Virus record (IMG/VR): IMGVR_UViG_3300027763_002006
Coordinates: 1-64,000 of that record
Direction: 5' to 3' (one strand)
Length of the DNA: 64,000 nt
From: a virus
The notes beneath the pieces were generated by a model. It did no database searches, was not told where the DNA came from, and saw only the letters and a list, made by a program, of their open reading frames with translations. Shown one piece after another: positions 28,826 through 37,668 of the stretch. Every line of letters begins with the position of its first letter. The first letter of the stretch is position 1. Made by a program: the position numbers and the translations under genes.

Positions 28826-29560
28826 ATGAATACAAAAATTTTTAACCTTTTGCAAAAAAATCTGCAACTAGCATTTAATTTACCCAAGTATCAGAAAATT
28901 TCTGATAGTATCGGTGAAAATACCATTGTTCAGGACTTGCCCTGGACGCCAGCTCGCTACCGAAAATTCAAAGACACAGTGGACATTGAATTAGGTCTAC
29001 CCTGTGATTATATCGGTACATTAAAAGCAATTACCGCAGATTTAAATGAACGTTATACACATCGTTTCTTTGCTGAGATTTGGAAACCACGTACAGGTGA
29101 CTATGAGCACACTGGCTGGGAATTAGCAGAAGAAATCAACAAACTAAATCCAGAAAAAGTGTTGGATGTGGGTTGTGGATATCATCCGTTCAAGGGACGT
29201 ATTCAGAATTTGATTGGTATCGATCCCTACAATAATTGTGCTGACTATGAAGTAGATATCTTAGACTATAAAGTAAAACCAGAGAGTCATGATGTCATCA
29301 TGGCCCTGGGTAGTATTAACTTTAACAGCAAAGATGAAATTGAATCACGATTTAGTCACTGTGTGAGTTTGTTAAAACAGGGCGGAAAATTTTATCTACG
29401 TGCCAATCCCGGTATTACTCACAAAACAGGTCCATACGTTGACATATTTGATTGGAGTTTTGAAATCGCCAGTGAATTTGCTGAAAAGTACAATTTAAAT
29501 CTAGACGCTTTCAAGAAAGACGCCAACGACAGACTGTACTTTGTTTATACAAAAAAATAA
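28826..29560 (+). CDS. Class I SAM-dependent methyltransferase
   Basis: VLDVGCG, GIDP, LGSINF; paralogue of 23260. Confidence 0.85.
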   Translation: MNTKIFNLLQKNLQLAFNLPKYQKISDSIGENTIVQDLPWTPARYRKFKDTVDIELGLPCDYIGTLKAITADLNERYTHRFFAEIWKPRTGDYEHTGWELAEEINKLNPEKVLDVGCGYHPFKGRIQNLIGIDPYNNCADYEVDILDYKVKPESHDVIMALGSINFNSKDEIESRFSHCVSLLKQGGKFYLRANPGITHKTGPYVDIFDWSFEIASEFAEKYNLNLDAFKKDANDRLYFVYTKK

Positions 29561-29791
29561 TTATTTGTAATAAAGATAGAATAGGCCAGGAATAATAATA
29601 AAAAATTGCGGGATAAAATTAAGCATAAGTGCTTTTTCCCGCCATTTATAGCCTACATATATCCAGCCTGTGGCGCCTATCATTTGCACTAGGCTGTTCC
29701 AGGGTGTGATTCCCAAGACGTGCAATACCATTGCACAGAGAATAACAATGGCGCTGGCATACTTGATATACCAGACATGATCCCTTTTCAT
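29561..29791 (-). CDS. Small membrane protein
   Basis: Hydrophobic; PWN...GW.YVG.KWRE.AL; paralogue of 2519. Confidence 0.65.
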   Translation of the reverse strand: MKRDHVWYIKYASAIVILCAMVLHVLGITPWNSLVQMIGATGWIYVGYKWREKALMLNFIPQFFIIIPGLFYLYYK

Positions 29792-30411
29792 TTTAATATT
29801 GCTATTGTGGAATCAAATACTTTAGTACCGACGTCTCCCACACTACGGCCTAAATTTTCTTTTACCCATGCAGTAGAAAATGGTTCAAGGGTCAATGAAT
29901 GTTCTTGGACAAAATCTAAAATAGCTTTGTTCTGTGCGTCAATTTCTTTTCGCATGGTTTCGTCGTCTTTATAAGCATCATAACAGGGATATTTAATTTC
30001 GAAACCACCGGTGGTTTTCCACCAGTCAAAGCTTTCGGTGCTGTCTCTAAAAACTACTATAATCCAATCATCGGGAAATGCTTTTTTAATATCATTGAGT
30101 TGATATGCCCAGTGATGACTCTTGACTAATTTAACACCTTTACTGTCTTTTTCCCAGGCTCGATCTATATAGTCGGCATCTAATTTTGCATCAAATTCCA
30201 TGCCAGGACCAAAATATGCACCTTTGTGTGATCCCTTGTGGTTCTTATTCTCGAGAAAACCATTGGTCACAGCAAAACTAACATGTTCATATGATCTTTC
30301 AGGTGTGCGATCCGTTTTATTAAAAGAGTCTAGTCGTTCAATAATTTGTGATACACCGCTCCAGCGACTTCCTGGTACGCCAGTAAAAAATATTCGTTTA
30401 GGTAATTTCAT
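29788..30411 (-). CDS. Sulfotransferase-like protein
   Basis: FFTGVPGSRWS, HKGAYFGPGM, VKSH, WW..GGF.I.YP.Y. Confidence 0.55.
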   Translation of the reverse strand: MKLPKRIFFTGVPGSRWSGVSQIIERLDSFNKTDRTPERSYEHVSFAVTNGFLENKNHKGSHKGAYFGPGMEFDAKLDADYIDRAWEKDSKGVKLVKSHHWAYQLNDIKKAFPDDWIIVVFRDSTESFDWWKTTGGFEIKYPCYDAYKDDETMRKEIDAQNKAILDFVQEHSLTLEPFSTAWVKENLGRSVGDVGTKVFDSTIAILK

Positions 30412-30453
30412 GATATTATTTAATAACTTTATTCTTTATTCTATGACAAACAA

Positions 30454-31416
30454 TTAAACCACAAATTCTTTAAAATCAAAACCATGGGCAGACATTAATT
30501 CTAAGTTTTTTTCGTGCCATATTCTAAAGTAGTAGTAAAATTGATTTGAATTTATTTCAAATATATCTTCCAAATAGCCCTTGTTAAAACATTTTGAAAA
30601 ATCAATTTGTTTATAATTATAAAATTCATTGCAAACAAAATTACATTGTAATACGTGACTTTCGTAGTCGCCATATAATTTATTTTCATATTTGTTGAAT
30701 AAATCTTTAACACTTGAATTAATTAATTCACGGGGAGAATTAAATTCTTTGGAAATATACCGGTTAAAAATAGACATAACGGTTAGTAAAGGTATTCTGC
30801 TGACATTTAATTTATCGATCTCTTCTAAATAAGCATCGATATTAAATATTTCTATACTATTGCGGTGTTTCTCTGTTTCTTGATGATGTTTAATCATATC
30901 AACAGCCATTGTATTTTTTAATGAACACAGTATATTTGCATACTTAAACCATACTTGTTTATCTTGAAACAAATAATAAGTTTTGTTATTAAAATATTGA
31001 TTTATAATTGTGTGCGATCTAAATAATGGATTTTTACAGTTCTTTAAATATTCATCAACTTCAGTGAGTATGTCATTTAATTGTTGCTTATTATAGCGTT
31101 GATTAAAAATTGTAGCCAGCGAACTTTCTATATCAATTTTATTATATTCTTTGGGATTATAACTGGGTGTATCGGAAGGACACGAACTAATTATTATATT
31201 ATAAAATTCGGGGTATTTTAGTACAGTTCTATTAATTTCCTGGTTTATAATTAGATCGTATTTTTGATTTTTAAATTTATTGGAAAAAATATCAAGTTGA
31301 TGAGTTAAAAATTCTCCGCCACTTCCGCCTTTAAACATAAAGAAACTCTGTGGCACTGACAGAGTTTCTCTTATTTTAGCTTCTAAATTTGTAATGCCAC
31401 GATGGATTATTGCCAT
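30454..31416 (-). CDS. Hypothetical AT-rich protein (GGSGGEF motif)
   Basis: 320 aa ORF, markedly low GC. Confidence 0.55.
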   Translation of the reverse strand: MAIIHRGITNLEAKIRETLSVPQSFFMFKGGSGGEFLTHQLDIFSNKFKNQKYDLIINQEINRTVLKYPEFYNIIISSCPSDTPSYNPKEYNKIDIESSLATIFNQRYNKQQLNDILTEVDEYLKNCKNPLFRSHTIINQYFNNKTYYLFQDKQVWFKYANILCSLKNTMAVDMIKHHQETEKHRNSIEIFNIDAYLEEIDKLNVSRIPLLTVMSIFNRYISKEFNSPRELINSSVKDLFNKYENKLYGDYESHVLQCNFVCNEFYNYKQIDFSKCFNKGYLEDIFEINSNQFYYYFRIWHEKNLELMSAHGFDFKEFVV

Positions 31417-31439
31417 ATAGTATTATCAAAGCAAGCCCT

Positions 31440-31517
31440 TCATACAGGACTGTAAGGATTTCTTTTAGTGTCCGTTCCATCATCTTCGGGCCACACTGGA
31501 TAGTCATTGGGGTTCAT
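31440..31517 (-). CDS. 25-aa peptide MNPNDYPVWPEDDGTDTKRNPYSPV
   Basis: Translated by hand; TAATG-coupled to the thermonuclease stop; fills the gap. Confidence 0.5.
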   Translation of the reverse strand: MNPNDYPVWPEDDGTDTKRNPYSPV

Positions 31518-31966
31518 TAGTTGCACCAGCTTTGTTTGGCCTCACCGTAGTATTCACGGGCAAAGCCGTTCTTGATCAACAAACCACGTAGGCTAACATT
31601 ATTATCTAAAATAATATCGCCCAGCATACGGCCACCGTATTTGTCCCAGCTTAATACTGCTACACGGGCTGTTTTACTTTCAGTGATAACTTTCTTAGTA
31701 AATGCTGTGGCAGCTTCGCCTCGTTGTGCTTCACTAGGGCATAACGCTCTGTGACCTTTTTCTGGAGTGTCAACGCCGAATACACGAATGCTCATTTTCT
31801 TGGCCAATGGATCCGGTACCCAAGGTGTGGCAACTTCCACAGTGTCGCCATCTACAACACGGTTTATTTTCCAGTCATATATGACCATTGGCTTTTCTTT
31901 AGGTGCAGTTTGAGCACTTGCTACTGTGCATATAGACAGTAATAGTATTGATATAATTCTTTTCAT
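31517..31966 (-). CDS. Thermonuclease (SNase-like) with signal peptide
   Basis: VVDGDTV, IRVFGVDTPE, DKYGGRML. Confidence 0.9.
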   Translation of the reverse strand: MKRIISILLLSICTVASAQTAPKEKPMVIYDWKINRVVDGDTVEVATPWVPDPLAKKMSIRVFGVDTPEKGHRALCPSEAQRGEAATAFTKKVITESKTARVAVLSWDKYGGRMLGDIILDNNVSLRGLLIKNGFAREYYGEAKQSWCN

Positions 31967-31967
31967 T

Positions 31968-32603
31968 TTATTTCCATATAACCATTTTGAATCGTTCTTT
32001 CGGTACTCCGAAATAATTGCACTTCCAATCGCTTTGTGCAAAGAAATCTAAATGGTGCCATTTCTCTTTGTATTTAATCAATTTATTCGCGGCATCTTCC
32101 CAATTGATATTTTGTAATATAGGTTCTATTTCTTGTTTGATTGCAGATATTTCATCGTAGTTAAAACTATCCCATTCCCAGTGTAATATTTCAAAAGCAT
32201 TACCCTGCCTATCTACATAGTCCATAGAGAAGTCTAATCCCCATTTTGGTCTCATTGATATAACTTTATATATTAGTGGAAGTTTTTCTGCCCAGTGTTG
32301 TAATTGTTCCAATGCGGCATCAGCATAGGCTTTGCGTTCAAATAAACTGCTGTGATTTAGAACTGCGCCTTCTAGTTTAGTAAACTGTGTGTGCCAGTCT
32401 TTTTTAATTGCAAATCTATGTTCACGTTGCTTTTTAGGTTTAACATAATTGCCATAGGCAAAGAGCTGTTCTAATTTAGTTAAATCGTAGCCATTTTGAT
32501 CAAACAATTCAATATCTTCGTATGTGGGTTCATAAAGTAATTTGGCCACTGGATTTCTCCAATAGCCATCTTGTTCAAACACATTATCTGACAAAGTTAC
32601 CAC
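31968..32603 (-). CDS. Hypothetical protein
   Basis: FDQNGYDLT, PKWGLDFSMDY; 211 aa. Confidence 0.7.
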   Translation of the reverse strand: MVTLSDNVFEQDGYWRNPVAKLLYEPTYEDIELFDQNGYDLTKLEQLFAYGNYVKPKKQREHRFAIKKDWHTQFTKLEGAVLNHSSLFERKAYADAALEQLQHWAEKLPLIYKVISMRPKWGLDFSMDYVDRQGNAFEILHWEWDSFNYDEISAIKQEIEPILQNINWEDAANKLIKYKEKWHHLDFFAQSDWKCNYFGVPKERFKMVIWK

Positions 32604-32995
32604 TTACGGCAACTCCAATAACGTGCTTTAGTTCTTGGTCCGGGATTGGCACAGTTATGTCTTGCTCTGAAACTACGTCTACGTGCAGGATTACTTTTCT
32701 TAATACGCATATTAGGATCGCCAAAGTTTACTTTAACAGTTTTACCTGTTTTGGGATTTTTAACATAAACTTTAAACTTCTTAACATCGCCTTGCATTGG
32801 CTTGCCTAGCTTAACTGGGCGACCATGATACTCTGCTTCTAACAATGACATACCTGAGTCATTGTCTGTTTCACAGATATAATCGCCATTGTCTATGGCA
32901 GTGATCACAGTTTCGACAACTTCGTCACCTATTTCTACTTCTAAGATGTCTCCGACTTCTGGAACATCATTGTCTAAGAATTCATCTAAACGCAT
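32597..32995 (-). CDS. Basic viral protein with MRLDEFLD leader
   Basis: KVNFGDPNM...RRRSFRARHNC...ARYWSC domain after an LLE-AE linker. Confidence 0.7.
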   Translation of the reverse strand: MRLDEFLDNDVPEVGDILEVEIGDEVVETVITAIDNGDYICETDNDSGMSLLEAEYHGRPVKLGKPMQGDVKKFKVYVKNPKTGKTVKVNFGDPNMRIKKSNPARRRSFRARHNCANPGPRTKARYWSCRKW

Positions 32996-32996
32996 T

Positions 32997-33827
32997 TTAT
33001 TGTTCCCTCATTGTAAGCATAACAAGTTTATTTTCGTTGCCTGGCTGCTTTTTAAATTCCAAGGCCGCTGCATTGGCAGCAGATTTTCCTGTGTAAGATT
33101 TTGGAATAACTCGCCCGTCTACTCTCACATACCAAGTGCCCTGCGTATTTTGACGTTCACGCTCTTGTTCCATTCTACGATCAATTTCATGATGCTCGTC
33201 GTCTTCGCGTTCTCTGCGCCCCCAGTTTTCAGCACCGCCGTAGTCGCCTTGATATCCTGGCATATTGCTGTCCCATGAATCTCGTCCACTGCCTTCCGCC
33301 ACACCTTCTGTGGGACGAGCCGACTGTTGCGCTTGTTCTTGATTGTAAGTATCCAACCAATATTTGTCATGCTTTTCTAAATAACTTTCAGCGGCTTTCT
33401 TGTCCATTGTCACTGGCCATTCTTCTGCCCTCCAACGAAATTTTGTTTCACTTTTATAAGCTGTTTGTGCGTGTAGTTTTTCAAATTCTTGAACGTCAGA
33501 CTGGTCGCCTACATATTTGTAAATTAACTTTTTAATATAACCTTCTGCTTGACTGGGATTTTGTTGAATTAACTCTTTAAGTTTATCTAAACTATATAAA
33601 CCTAATGCGCCTTGGCCTGCATTAATAGAAGTAACAGCAGCCATTAATGGACCCAGTGCGGCTGTGCCACTGGTCAATGCCAATGCACCACCTCCAGCGG
33701 CAATACCTAATGCCGCTAGCACAGCTGGATTTTCAACACTCCATCGAATAATGCTGGCCAATACACCAGTTGGATTCAATTGGAATTCGTCTAATGTTTG
33801 TTGTTCTGTAAGTTCGCTAAATCTCAT
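32997..33827 (-). CDS. Modular hypothetical protein with MRFSELTE leader and EGVAEG linker
   Basis: AAGGA RBS and TAAATA upstream. Confidence 0.65.
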   Translation of the reverse strand: MRFSELTEQQTLDEFQLNPTGVLASIIRWSVENPAVLAALGIAAGGGALALTSGTAALGPLMAAVTSINAGQGALGLYSLDKLKELIQQNPSQAEGYIKKLIYKYVGDQSDVQEFEKLHAQTAYKSETKFRWRAEEWPVTMDKKAAESYLEKHDKYWLDTYNQEQAQQSARPTEGVAEGSGRDSWDSNMPGYQGDYGGAENWGRREREDDEHHEIDRRMEQERERQNTQGTWYVRVDGRVIPKSYTGKSAANAAALEFKKQPGNENKLVMLTMREQ

Positions 33828-33862
33828 AAAAAAATCCTTGCTAATATGTTATTTAGCAAGGA
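33828..33862 (-). terminator. Terminator-like hairpin overlapping late promoter and RBS
   Basis: TCCTTGCTAA-ATAACATA-TTAGCAAGGA-T7-ATG. Confidence 0.75.
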
Positions 33863-33884
33863 CTAGTCACGAAGTGAAATCTAA

Positions 33885-34160
33885 TTATTTCTTATTTGTG
33901 TTAGCTGTGTAAGCCTTCATAATGCCTTCACCGAACTTGTTGTAGTCAAATTTCATGGCATTTTGCATGGCTTTAGTTGTTTCGCTGGCCAATACTGTGA
34001 ATGTATCAATGCCAACTTTGGCAGCTTTCTTTGTGTATTCGGCTTGAGCATCAATGAACTCATTCATTGCTGTGGCCGCTGTTTCGTTTTGTACAAAAGT
34101 CTTAACGAATTGTTTCTTTGCACCTTGGACGGTGTCTATTGTTGCATCTACTGTAAACAT
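33885..34160 (-). CDS. Phasin-like protein
   Basis: Ala/Lys/Thr-rich amphipathic helix, IDTVQGAKKQFV...FIDAQAEYTK; AAGGAG RBS. Confidence 0.55.
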   Translation of the reverse strand: MFTVDATIDTVQGAKKQFVKTFVQNETAATAMNEFIDAQAEYTKKAAKVGIDTFTVLASETTKAMQNAMKFDYNKFGEGIMKAYTANTNKK

Positions 34161-34282
34161 AATTTTCTCCTTAATGTAAGCAAGTAATAATATGACTCTT
34201 CTTAGACGTCATTGTTTATTATAACATTATTTATGCGGCAGTGCAACATTTTTCTCATACTTTATTAGTGGTTGGTCACTAA

Positions 34283-34675
34283 TTAGCTGTGCAATGTAAC
34301 CAAAATTTGTTTAACAGATTCTTTGGGCAATTCCATAACGTCGCCTTTAATTGCTGTGCAAAGTTTATTAAACCAAATTCTTGCTTCTTTGGCAGCATCG
34401 CGAGTATCTTCAAACCAAATATCAATGAAGTAATCACTGTTTTTGATAGAATCAAATCTATTTGAATATCTTTCAAATGTTGCCATTTTAACACCGTCAC
34501 TGACTGGCACAAAATTGTAAACTTTTAACAAAGCCACAACTGCTGTGGCACGATCTAAGACTTTGCCGTTCCAAGCAAATATATCGTCAAACACTAATGC
34601 AGGTCGACCGCTGAGTTTACTGATCAGTGCGGCTTGACCAAGTTCAGTATCCAAGAGCCGTTGGGTCAAATTCAT
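34283..34675 (-). CDS. Hypothetical protein
   Basis: 130 aa ORF in the operon. Confidence 0.6.
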   Translation of the reverse strand: MNLTQRLLDTELGQAALISKLSGRPALVFDDIFAWNGKVLDRATAVVALLKVYNFVPVSDGVKMATFERYSNRFDSIKNSDYFIDIWFEDTRDAAKEARIWFNKLCTAIKGDVMELPKESVKQILVTLHS

Positions 34676-35231
34676 AGTTGATTTCCTCGTTGTTGATAAT
34701 ATCTAAAAATTCGTCTGCGGGCATGACATAGCTGTAGCCCGCATATTTTGCGTATCTAGCTAGAAAGCCATGACGGTCTAATTTGTTTAATTTAAGCACG
34801 TAATTTTTAGCATCTTCAATTCCAGGCCCATAGGCTTTTAAATTCTCATCTACTGCAATTTGACAGCAGGTAAAGTCAAAGTTAGCAAATACATCGTCCA
34901 CACTAGTATAATACGCTCTACGAATCAATTGTACTTTATAATCATCTATTGTATACGTTTTAGCATTGTCACTGCTAAATGTTTCGTAGATATAATTACC
35001 AAATGTATCATTTAACCTAAGCATACATTGTTCATAGCTCTTGGGATTACTAAACCATATATCTATATCAGCAAAATTACTTTCACCTAATGCAATTTGT
35101 CTACCCATGCCTCCGGCGATCCAAGGTCCCTGAGCCGGCGTGCTGTCTTTGTAGATTGTATCTACAATATTTTGCAATGTAGGTTTTATCCCAGATTTAG
35201 GAGTTTGAAAAATATCAAATAGGCTTTGCAT
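34644..35231 (-). CDS. tRNA nucleotidyltransferase/poly(A) polymerase head-like nucleotidyltransferase
   Basis: WIAGG..R, DIDIWF, VQLI, FDFTCCQIA. Confidence 0.75.
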   Translation of the reverse strand: MQSLFDIFQTPKSGIKPTLQNIVDTIYKDSTPAQGPWIAGGMGRQIALGESNFADIDIWFSNPKSYEQCMLRLNDTFGNYIYETFSSDNAKTYTIDDYKVQLIRRAYYTSVDDVFANFDFTCCQIAVDENLKAYGPGIEDAKNYVLKLNKLDRHGFLARYAKYAGYSYVMPADEFLDIINNEEINYEFDPTALGY

Positions 35232-35358
35232 TTTTTTGAATTAATTTGAAAAGTTTGTAATAGTAAATGAATTGTCGTGGATAATGTTCAAAGTTGGGCA
35301 ATTCACCGAACTCCGACTCCATTGCACGATATAATGCCAATGCTTGTTCATCAGTCAT
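35215..35358 (-). CDS. 47-aa hypothetical protein (MTDEQALALYRAMESEFGELPNFEHYPRQF...)
   Basis: Translated by hand; overlaps both neighbours and fills the gap. Confidence 0.6.
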   Translation of the reverse strand: MTDEQALALYRAMESEFGELPNFEHYPRQFIYYYKLFKLIQKNAKPI

Positions 35359-36367
35359 TTAACAAGCTCGCAAGTTTAAAGCTGGCAATGTTTTTGCCCT
35401 TGGCTTCACACATGATATCGGCCCACGAATTATGGGTCAGTGCCCAAGTATTCACAGCATCATTCCAATAGAAGTCGCTGTGTGCTCTAAGTTTGCCACG
35501 CTTATAGCCACTATCCATTAGCGCATGGTAGGCGGGACGTTCATGTGGGGTGTGTTCGACAAGATAATCTTCCCTACTGAGACTATAGTGAATAACAGGG
35601 CGAACGCCGCGCCAACTATCACTAATCTTTTTAATACGATCATCAGTATTTTCAATGTATTCTCCTGTTTTAATCCAATGGTGATGGACGTCAAGTACTA
35701 ATGCACAAGTATCCACTAATTCTAAACTATCCTCTATGCCCCAAGAAATTTCATCATTCTCGATGGTAAGGCAATTACGTGCTTCTACACTAAGACGCTT
35801 ATATGCCTGCCTAATGCCTGCAGGCCCACGTCTTCCGGCGATGTGTACATTAATCTTAAAGTCCTGGAACGACTTTCCGTATCCCATCCAGCGTACCATA
35901 TCTGCATGATATTCAAACTCCTCTATACTACGATCAACAATGTCAGGAGTTTCACTAGCAAGTACACAAAACTGGCCAGGATGAAAAGACAAGCGTACAT
36001 TATTAGTCCTAGCAACATTGCCAATGTTCGAAAAAACTCTACTACAGTAGTCCATAACATCTCTACGCCGCCAGAAGTAACTCCAGCTGGGTTCAGTATA
36101 AGCAGGAAGCTGATCACTGCCAAGGCGCACCATCCTAAGATTTTCTTCAAGTTGTCCTACTCTTTCTACCAATAATTTTGTAGCTTCTAAGTTTTGAACC
36201 ATCAAGTCCCATAACTTTTGTTCCGCTACTTCACGAGTTTGGCGGTTAAGCCAACTTATAGTAGTTGTTCCAGTGTTATATCTTTTAGCATTGTCTTTGG
36301 GTTTAATCCCATCGACTTGTTCTGGGTGGTCAATCCATTTGCAAGCAAAACCAATTCGTTTAGTCAT
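35351..36367 (-). CDS. uvsE: UV damage endonuclease UvsE/UVDE
   Basis: RIGFAC, RLSFHPGQF, INVH, IENDE, LDVHHHW, HYS, AHSD, IMCEAKGK. Confidence 0.93.
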   Translation of the reverse strand: MTKRIGFACKWIDHPEQVDGIKPKDNAKRYNTGTTTISWLNRQTREVAEQKLWDLMVQNLEATKLLVERVGQLEENLRMVRLGSDQLPAYTEPSWSYFWRRRDVMDYCSRVFSNIGNVARTNNVRLSFHPGQFCVLASETPDIVDRSIEEFEYHADMVRWMGYGKSFQDFKINVHIAGRRGPAGIRQAYKRLSVEARNCLTIENDEISWGIEDSLELVDTCALVLDVHHHWIKTGEYIENTDDRIKKISDSWRGVRPVIHYSLSREDYLVEHTPHERPAYHALMDSGYKRGKLRAHSDFYWNDAVNTWALTHNSWADIMCEAKGKNIASFKLASLLND

Positions 36368-36372
36368 AGTAT

Positions 36373-36401
36373 ATTATATACTAAACTTTAATTTAAGTCA
36401 A
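36373..36401 (-). promoter_or_regulatory. Sigma70 promoter for uvsE (leaderless)
   Basis: TTGACT-17-TATAAT, 5 nt before ATG. Confidence 0.75.
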
Positions 36402-36760
36402 GATTTATGAATTATCCAAGTTCCGCTACAATATTCTCGTTCAACGTCATAAACTTTCCAATTGATTTTGGTAAATTTTGCATTGGGAGTATATGTGAAT
36501 TGTACAAAGGCAGGTTGGTCTGCTTTTAATTTATTTCTAAATTTAACATCTAACATTATGCTCACAGCTTGTTTCGAACCTTTGATAAATTGCTGTCCAT
36601 CACTGGTATCTTTTAACCATTGCGGTAGCATACTCAAAATAAAGCCACCTTGTACAACACCATCGATACTATGTACGGGTCCATTATCTCCGGTTAATTC
36701 GCCGAATTTTAAAACTCGATCAAATGTAAAAGAAATTGGAAGTTCGCAGACTCGTTGCAT
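36398..36760 (-). CDS. Hotdog-fold (MaoC dehydratase-like) protein
   Basis: FGELTGDNGPVH...VVQGGF...VKFRN. Confidence 0.7.
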   Translation of the reverse strand: MQRVCELPISFTFDRVLKFGELTGDNGPVHSIDGVVQGGFILSMLPQWLKDTSDGQQFIKGSKQAVSIMLDVKFRNKLKADQPAFVQFTYTPNAKFTKINWKVYDVEREYCSGTWIIHKS

Positions 36761-36787
36761 CTACTATTTAAAAGGCATGCTCGTTAT

Positions 36788-37144
36788 TTAGAATAATTTT
36801 TTACTTAATTGTTCCAAGACGGCATTATGTAAGTAACTTTGTTCTTCAATTGTTTCCATACTGCTTTCACAGTCAAAGTCATCATTGGGGAACATTTCTT
36901 CTAGACTGGCAAGGATTTGGTCTCCCTGCTCTGCGTCTATGCTTGTGGCTAATCTAACATCATAGCAATGTGGATTGCCATCACCTTCGTTGTCGTCCAA
37001 ATGATAGACCATTACAGTGTCGTTATCATCTGGTTCGACATCAGCAAGTTCATTGACCACCATTAGATATGCTCGGGCTTCTTCACTTGAGAGTTTTCTA
37101 TCCAAGCATAATCTAAAGTAGTGGTCAAATTCATCTATAATCAT
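36788..37144 (-). CDS. Acidic hypothetical protein
   Basis: 118 aa ORF. Confidence 0.65.
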   Translation of the reverse strand: MIIDEFDHYFRLCLDRKLSSEEARAYLMVVNELADVEPDDNDTVMVYHLDDNEGDGNPHCYDVRLATSIDAEQGDQILASLEEMFPNDDFDCESSMETIEEQSYLHNAVLEQLSKKLF

Positions 37145-37154
37145 AGTTAACTAC

Positions 37155-37658
37155 TTACGCTTTGCCTTCGACTTTTTCTTTGGTACGACCGTAGGCCGCA
37201 ATACCAAGAACAGCACCCATGGCAATGTGATATAATCCAGCACCTTGTAGTGTTAATGGTTGCCATTGACTTGTTACACTACCTTTGCTTAGAGCTTGTA
37301 ACAAACTCCATAAGATTGGAAATATAACAAAGTCCATGGTACATGTCAGCATATAGATCCAGCCCATGACTGGACGCCATTTTTTGTTGATCCAATCTTG
37401 TGCATCTTTGTCTAGCTTTACTGTGGATTCACCACCGGCATGCATTGCACCTGCGGCCTGTCCGCTGGTATTGTTAACTGGTGCTGATGCAAAGTTACTT
37501 GGTGCTGCCGGACCAAATGAACCACCGCTTGATGAAAAGTTAGAGCCACTTGAGTATCCTCCGCCAAATGAACTCTCTGGTCCGGGCGGGCTTCTAGTTG
37601 CGGCAATTTGCGGCAATCTACCCGTGTCAATAATATCGTCTTCTTCCATTTTTGGCAT
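37155..37658 (-). CDS. Holin-like protein (GTA 3TM holin family)
   Basis: KWRPVMGW.Y...DF...P, MGAVLGIAAYGRTKEK. Confidence 0.7.
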   Translation of the reverse strand: MPKMEEDDIIDTGRLPQIAATRSPPGPESSFGGGYSSGSNFSSSGGSFGPAAPSNFASAPVNNTSGQAAGAMHAGGESTVKLDKDAQDWINKKWRPVMGWIYMLTCTMDFVIFPILWSLLQALSKGSVTSQWQPLTLQGAGLYHIAMGAVLGIAAYGRTKEKVEGKA

Positions 37659-37668
37659 AATTAAATCC

